Source: Nemertoderma westbladi (taxonomy: Eukaryota > Animalia > Xenacoelomorpha). Taken from it: 64,000 nt of DNA. This document shows positions 57,203 to 64,000 of this stretch, piece by piece. A program made the position numbers and the translations under genes. The DNA is taken from positions 1 to 64,000 of the forward strand of contig JAUCBJ010002054.1 in the NCBI GenBank assembly GCA_032718475.1, written 5' to 3'. The first letter of the stretch is position 1. Every line of letters begins with the position of its first letter. Below the pieces are notes generated by a model that saw only the letters and a list, made by a program, of their open reading frames with translations, did no database searches and was not told the origin of the DNA.

Positions 57203-59730
57203 CTACATCATTCCTCCCGCACCCTCCGGGAACCATCTAAGTTCCTTGCCCCTATCGTCGTCCTGTCTGGGTCGCTTCCTGCCTTCCTGTTTACCCTTGA
57301 GGCTACTCATCCTTGCTGACACCGTCTTACCAAGCCCCGTTGTTGGTTCGTTGTGTGTTATTAACTCACGGTATCGCTTCACAGGTGGTCCCACTGAGTG
57401 TCCCTCCTGTCTCCCGCTGGTAGCATCCCACAAGATCATCTTCATCGCATGCGGCACGTGTTCCACCAGAAAGTCCCTGAATTCGATCCTATTTTCTGGT
57501 GACCATCTGTGCAGATATCTTTGGGTTTTGATGACCCCTCCGTATGATGCCGCTGTCGCTACCTCCTTATATGTGAATGGTAGTCTCCTCTTGGTGATCT
57601 GCTTGTGGGCTTCTATATTAATGTTGAAGAAATCCCACCGAAACTCCTGGGCCTTCATTCTTTGTCATGTCATGACCCCTACGTCGGCCCACTCCTCGAA
57701 AATGCGGAATTTCTCCTTATCAACCATCCAGTCGCACTGGCGCTCAAAGTGCCCCCTAAACTTGCACTTTGAACACCTGTTGTGCAACCTCAAGCACTCG
57801 CCCATCCTGTGTGTAGACTCGCGGCAGTAAAGACACGCCATCCCCTTTTGGTAACGGTATAGACAGTTCTTTTGCTGATGGGTTAATCTCCCACAGTAAT
57901 CGCAACTGTGTATCATTGTCTCTCGCCCCAAGTCGTCCTTGGCTCCACATCGCCTCCTGGGTCTGTGGAGCCGCTGGTAGGTAAACACCTGGACGTTGTC
58001 TTCCCTACCCATATCGATGTCCTCCTCCACCCTCGGCATCGTTTCTCCAAACACTACCCGTGTTGCCGTCACCGGTTGCTCGCCAAGTCGGATCGTACTC
58101 GCCGTGAAGTCCATTGCTGGCTCCCCGTGCTCCCAGGTCCGCTTACCAGGTTTGTCCCAGAAGGCTCTCGCCCCGCTGGCTGTCACCACTCTTCCATCCA
58201 CCCAGTCCGTGTCCGAGTGGCCGATTCTCGCTATCGGTGGCATCGCCCCAAACTCGTCCTCCTCCTCTTCCCCTGCCGGGGGCGCAATCCTCGCTATCGG
58301 TGGCATCTCCCCAAACTCGTCCCCCTCCTCCTCCCCTGCCGGGAGCGGATCCAAACCCGGGATCCCAGTTAATCCCCTGTGTCCCTTCCTGCCCTGGTAT
58401 CCACCCATGGCCTTCCACCCTTCTACCTCCATCGGTCTCTTCCTTCCGATGTCTCCCTCAGAGCCTGCAGGCATGGGCATTCTTTGCAGCCCCGATGTAG
58501 ACTGTGTCGGTGTCTCTTCCATCCAACCCAGTTCGTCCCCCAGCCGAAACTCGCCCGAGGCCTCCGATCCCCACCTCAGCTCGTACAAATCATGGGCTTC
58601 GAACTCATACTCCTCTCCCCTTATATCTGCCTCTCTGACCGCTGCCTCCCTGGTGTATCTACCTCTCTGTCCACCAGATGTCGGGTATTGTAATATAACA
58701 ACTCGCCCTTCAGCCCCAGGTGGTCTACAAGACCTTCTAGGGCCACCTTAAAAACTCTCCTGTGGTTCAGAGGTGATCCCGATAGTAGCAACGCCGTCGG
58801 CTCCCTCCCGATAGTTACCGTGATGAATAGGTTTAGTAAACCTATCATTATCCAGTCATCTTGTAGGATATATCTCTTCTGACTATATCTTTATCGCTCC
58901 CTTCCGGAAGTGATATAGTTCCTCCTTCCCCAGTCTCGCTCCCCACTTGAGCGAGTTCGCAAGTTCCGCTCGGTATTCCTCCCAGAACTTGTTCCAGTCC
59001 ATCGGCTTGTGGCAGACGAGTTGGCCCATCACCACAGCTCCGTAATGTCCCGTGTTGTCCACCAATCCCAATCCCTCTGGTTTTGTCATAGCCATGTAGA
59101 CTACCTGCATGTCCAGAAAATTGGGGATGCCCGGTCCAATAATTCTGACCGTGTCGCCGCGTATCGCCGATCCCACTTGACTGTAGTCTTCAGTCTTACT
59201 AGCTCCTGCACAGCGTTCGGCAACCGGTTTAACTTCGGCTCGCTCTTCTTTCCGTAGGTCCCTAGGTCGAATAGAAAGATATCTCTGTTCGGAGCTGCTA
59301 AGTGCAGCAATATGGTTCTAGCCGATCCTCCCGACCCCCTTCTCGAGCCCTCGTCGTCCTCCACAGTCCCTTCATCATCTAGGACCATGTATCCACCCTT
59401 CTCCATGGAATCTACAAATGTCCTCCACTCCTTCCTCGGTGGTTTCCTCGGGTACTTTGGTATCTCGAACTTAGCTTCGTCCCCCTTTACAACATAGCGA
59501 AGATGCTCGTCGATCGCGTTGTCCAATGACGGCGTCCCATAGGTCTCGACTAGTCATCGCTCGTGCATCTCTCTAAACTGATCCAGTAGCGCGTGCGCTT
59601 TGTGACCCTTCGGGAGTGGTTTGTAGTATCCCTTCATCTTGTTCTCCGGATGCCTCTGCATGAAGTCCACTAGCAACTCCTTTCTACTCTTCTCCGATTT
59701 CCTCTTCTTCACTAGTTTCTCCGCCATCAT
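57203..59730 (-). pseudogene. Extra ORF downstream of E4 pol: DEDDy 3'-5' exonuclease (WRN-exo/EXD/Mut-7 type) plus three CCHC zinc knuckles, disrupted
   Basis: Joining the minus-strand fragments gives ExoI YMVLDDEG, RTILLHLA..IFLFDL, LPNAVQELV..K/VGSAIRGD (ExoII), FLDMQ and ExoIII SQKRYILQD, then CDYCGRLTHQQKNC, CLYCRESTHRMGEC and CSKCKFRGHFERQC. Confidence 0.72.
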
Positions 59731-60199
59731 GAATCTACTCACTCTCACCGAACTGGTGGGGCCTTAGAAAGGCTCAGTTAGGTAAGAGGGTTACTAAATA
59801 GAATCTTATTAGTCCCGATCAGCGATGGCCTACATCCTATCTGTCCCTTTTACTACGTTTTGTACAAATATTCCCCTTATGTGCCAATTTTTTCCTTAAT
59901 TTACAATTTTGTCCGTTGCTTTTTATTAATGATTCTAGAATTTTCTTCCCCAGTTGCTATAATTTGTTAATTTTGTTATTATTTATATTCTCCCCTACAT
60001 GTGCTATTATCCTATCTGCTACTTGATCACTACCTAAGCAATCCGTTCCTACTTGTATACAGAGAAGACTAGCTACAGTTTTCTTATTGTCTTGCTAGCT
60101 TCCTACCAGACAATTTCCTGGCTCTGTAACAATACCCTAAGTCTGTACTACGGGCTATGTGCTACAGTAATCTAGTTCATGCGGCCTACACGGTCTATT

Positions 60200-60710
60200 C
60201 TACTATGCATACATACCCCCCTCGACTCCTCACGTGGTGCCCTCAGTGCCCACAATAGTACGTATTACGTGGTATTGGTCCCATTGACCCGGCTTATGTT
60301 GGTATTTATTACGTACGTTGGCACATTGTGCCCATCAGACGTATGCAATATATATATACCCCTCCTAATCCTCATTATGGTACTGTGTACGCTTCTGCTA
60401 CAGTATGGGTACATACCCCCCCCCCCCCCCCCCCCAACTCCTCACATGGAGCCCCCAGTGCCCACTATTGTATGTATTATGTATTTATGGTACTATGTAC
60501 CCTTCTACTATGGTATGCGTATATACCCTCCCACAAATCCTCACATGGTGCCCTCAGTGCCCACAAATTTACGGTACTATATACCCCTCTACTACGGTAT
60601 GCGTACATACCTCCCCTTCAACTCCTCATGTGGCACCCTCAGTGCCCACAATAGCACGTATTACGTACTTATGGTACTGTGTACCCTTCTATTATGGTAT
60701 GCATACATAA
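60200..60710 (-). repeat. Degenerate ~80-105-bp tandem repeats between E4 pol and the extra ORF
   Basis: About 4-5 copies of CTCCTCACRTGG..CCCTCAGTGCCCAC..GGTACT.TGTAC. Confidence 0.8.
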
Positions 60711-60746
60711 GCAAAAAATCAGTCCAATATATTGGACGACTCAAGT

Positions 60747-63700
60747 TTAGGGCGATCCCTCCAATAGGCAACACTTCCCTACCGCCCTCCTGTAGGTCTT
60801 CCTATCTTTGGCCCCTATCTTCCCTCTGATCCTCACTTCCACAGATCTAATTCTTCCGTCTTTGGCGGGGTAGGTCTCCACTACCCTAGCCAACCTCCTG
60901 TGATTGTTGATAATCATATCATCTATGACGATTATCAAGTCACCCTTCCTTAGCTCCCTCTGGTTGTTCCTCTATTTACTCCTTTTGTGCAGTGTTGGAA
61001 GGTACTCTCGGATCCACCTTGCCCAATACTCTGCACTTATCGCCTTAGCCACCTTCCAGCTTTGACGCGAATGTATATCATCTGGATCGACGTTTCGCAT
61101 GTCAATCGTCGCTGGTCTCTCCATCAGCAGGTGTGCTGGTGTTAGGACGTCCAGCGATTCTGGATCGTCATTCTCGGATACAGCGGGCAGCTGTTGATAA
61201 TTCCCTCGCATTTCGCCAGCACTGTCCTTAGTACATCCTCAGTGACCATATGGTTATTCATCAGCTTGGGCATAAGTTGTTTGGAGCTTCCCAAAAGTCG
61301 CTCTACACATCCCAGTGTATGTGGCGCGTATGGAGTTCTCCTCTCCCACCTCATTAGGTGTTTCCTCATCGCCGCCTTGACATCTTTGCCCTCCAGAATG
61401 TCAAGGGCCTCCGCTAACTCGTTTTCCGTGCCCACGAAGTTAGTGCCATTGTCTGAGTAGGGTACCTCCACTGTTCCTCCTCTGCGGGTCACGAACCTCC
61501 CCAGCGCATTAATAAATGCCGACGCCGTGGCGTCTTGAGCAAGTTCTATCCCCACATAGCCCTCGTATTATTGCAGACGAAGATAATGCCGTAGCGTTTC
61601 TCCGTATGCCGCATCACCTTTATTTTAATCGGCCCAAACATGTCCATGCCGCCGTGTGTGAACGGTGGGTCGTGATGCCTTACCCTATTGGTCGGCAATG
61701 GCGCCATCTCCTGTATGGCCCTCTCCTTCTTCATCCATCGGCAGGTCTGGCATTGCCCCACTACCGTCTTCACCATCTTTCTGAGCTGGATTACCGAGAA
61801 TATCTTCCGAATCTCTGTCAGGGTATGGTTGGTACCACTGTGTAGTATGGACTTATGGGCATCCCATATGATCTGGTGGACTATTGGTGACTTGTTGGGG
61901 ATTATTATTGGTTTTGGTGGGATCACGGGGCTGATGTTGTTTTCCACCCTGGAGTTCATGACTAGGATCCCATCCTTATCTAATTGTGGTGACAGCGTGT
62001 TGAGCTCGCTGTTTTGACGAATGCGTTGTTGTTTGCTGACGCAGTTTACTTCGTCTCCGTATCCCTTCCTTTGCTCGTATTGTATCAGGGCTTTGGCCGC
62101 TCCTTCCAGATCGATGGTGGGTCTCGTTTTGGCATCCTTACCAGCTCCCCTAAGGAATTCTCCTCAGATATGCTACTAGCTTCTTCGTCTTGTACCAGCT
62201 GGAGCTGTAACTGAGCAACCTATCCATTGGGTTATTGCACGACTTTATCGGGTTTGATCGCAGTGGCGCCTCCTTAACCTCCCTCACTAGTTGACTAAAT
62301 ATTTCCTCCCCCTCTGATTCCTCTCCCGACTCCCCCACTGTCACTTCCTCTGTAGTTGGGTCTACCTTTCTCATCGGCAGCCAGCTCAACCTATCATTAA
62401 GGAAGTGTGGGCCATGCTGCCACAACTCCTGCTTCCATGAGAAAGCGTGGCGTACAACGCCCCTCGATAGCAGATCCGCTGGATTGTCGTCAGTTGGGCA
62501 GTAGTGCCATTTCTCCAAGTCTGACGTTGCTCTTATCTCATCCACTCTGTTCGCCACAAATATGGGATAACGCGTCTTCTCGTTAGGCAACACTACCATG
62601 GAATCTGTCCAGTAGTGCGTCTCTACTATATTTGGTATCGTGTCCACCAAGTATGCTGTCGCTCTCACTCCTAATCTTGCATCCATTAGCTCGAGTTTCG
62701 GCACTGATGCTGAATATGGTGGCGTCGACCTCGCTTTACTAAATGCAAGCCTGGGCTCATGAGTCCCCTTCCGCTGTACCAAATAAAGTGCCGCACCATA
62801 TGCTTCCAGGGATGCATCGGAGAACGTGTGTAGTTCTAAATCGGTCATGTCCCCATCTGGGAAGTATACACGTGGCATACTATAAGTCCCCATTTCTTCG
62901 AGGCTCCCTTTCCATTTTTCCCACTGTTTCCTTATCTCCACTGGACCTCCGCTTCCCAGTCATCTTTTATCTTATAGACCTTCTTCAATACTTGTTTCCC
63001 CGTAACTAATAACGGGGACGCTAGACCTAGCGGATCATAAATCCTCGTTATGTATGACACATAGCCTCGTATAGTATGGATCCAGGCACCCTCCTGACTT
63101 AGTTGATACTCCAACTCATCTGTTTCCCACTTTCATACGATCCCTAGTGACTTCTGCTGCGATTCTATCCTCTTGACCGCCATAATCTGTTCCTTTAATG
63201 TCATAGGTTTATCTATCTTTACCTCCGGTAGTTTATCTTATATGGCTTCCATAAATTCTCTAGAGTTGGACTGGAATTTTGTAAGGTTAAATCCTGATCC
63301 CTTCAGGATGTCGCGAACTTTGAGCCCTATATCGAGGATCTCTTTAACCAAATTTCCAGAACCCATCCCATCGTCCACGTAGAACCCACGTCGAATCATA
63401 TTGATCGCCTTCACACTGTATTCACCCTCTTTGCCCTTCACCGTGTGTCTTACGGCTGTAGTTGTGGTAAATGAGGACGACTTGGCCCCTATATTCTGCA
63501 CTACCATCTTATACATTGGTATCTCCAACGGTTCTTTGTCGCCGTTGTACCACAGGAAGTGCTGACTATCGCTATCCTCCTCTGTCACTCGCTCTTGGTT
63601 AAACATGCCATCTATATCGCACATGAAGGCGTGTTTTCCACTTCTGAACCTTAACAGGACCTCTATCCCAGAGTTGTAGATATTGAGGCCATCCAGTAGG

Positions 63701-64000
63701 TAGTCATTCAGACTCTTGCCATTTGTCTTGGCAGATGCGTCGACCACCATTCTTAACTTGCCCTTCTTAGGGTCCAGAGCCACATGAAGTGGCAAATAGT
63801 AGGTCCTATTGGTATTTGGTTCATCCACCGGTAGTTCCACAGCCCATCCTCGATCCACGTACTTCTTGATGGTCTTGTGGATGTATTCATTCTTTTCGGG
63901 GCTCCATCTAAGCGTTTGCTTTAATTTTCGAAGCCTCGTCAAGACCATCCTTTTATTGTCTGGTAGGGGCAACTTCGGCTGCTTCCATACCATCCCTATG
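60747..64000 (-). pseudogene. BEL/Pao pol (RT, RNase H, integrase) of decayed element E4, runs off the window
   Basis: FYVDD, FSDAS, HYWTDS, NPADLLSRG, GMDMFGP, YSDNGTNFVG and YRRAVGKCCLL, split by several frameshifts and stops. Confidence 0.93.

Noticed and set aside
57126-58751. Long plus-strand ORFs (234 and 251 aa) and the 216-aa ORF at 60179-60829
   Set aside because: Antisense shadows of the minus-strand cargo ORF or translations of tandem repeats; low complexity, no motifs.

Overview
AT-rich animal (probably invertebrate) genomic DNA, about 75% transposable element. Host genes: 11 exons of an axonemal dynein heavy chain (DNAH14-like, minus strand, 13777-21117, AAA1-AAA2 region); two plus-strand exons of an engrailed-class gene (EH1 and EH2 motifs, homeobox exon not in the window); an intronless cornichon (CNIH4-like) ORF; and a tRNA-Val(AAC). 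There are four BEL/Pao LTR retrotransposons. E1 (27-12392) and E2 (27939-40590) are young, TSD-flanked and non-autonomous, each with an open Gag-protease ORF from which RT, RNase H and integrase were deleted in frame. E3 (43777-~57139) has an intact 2805-aa Gag-Pol. E4 is a decayed minus-strand copy. Also present are RTE-type LINEs, two MITEs with 9-bp TSDs, a ~147-bp satellite and splice-donor-associated tandem repeats. Two observations stand out. (1) E1 and E2 have no tRNA PBS; instead an 11-nt site is perfectly complementary to their own LTR, with a compensatory base change between the two elements, suggesting Tf1-like self-priming in a BEL/Pao lineage. (2) E4 carries an extra ORF downstream of pol that encodes a DEDDy 3'-5' exonuclease plus three CCHC knuckles, and decayed homologues appear to lie in E1 and E2. 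All alignments were done by eye; no searches were run.
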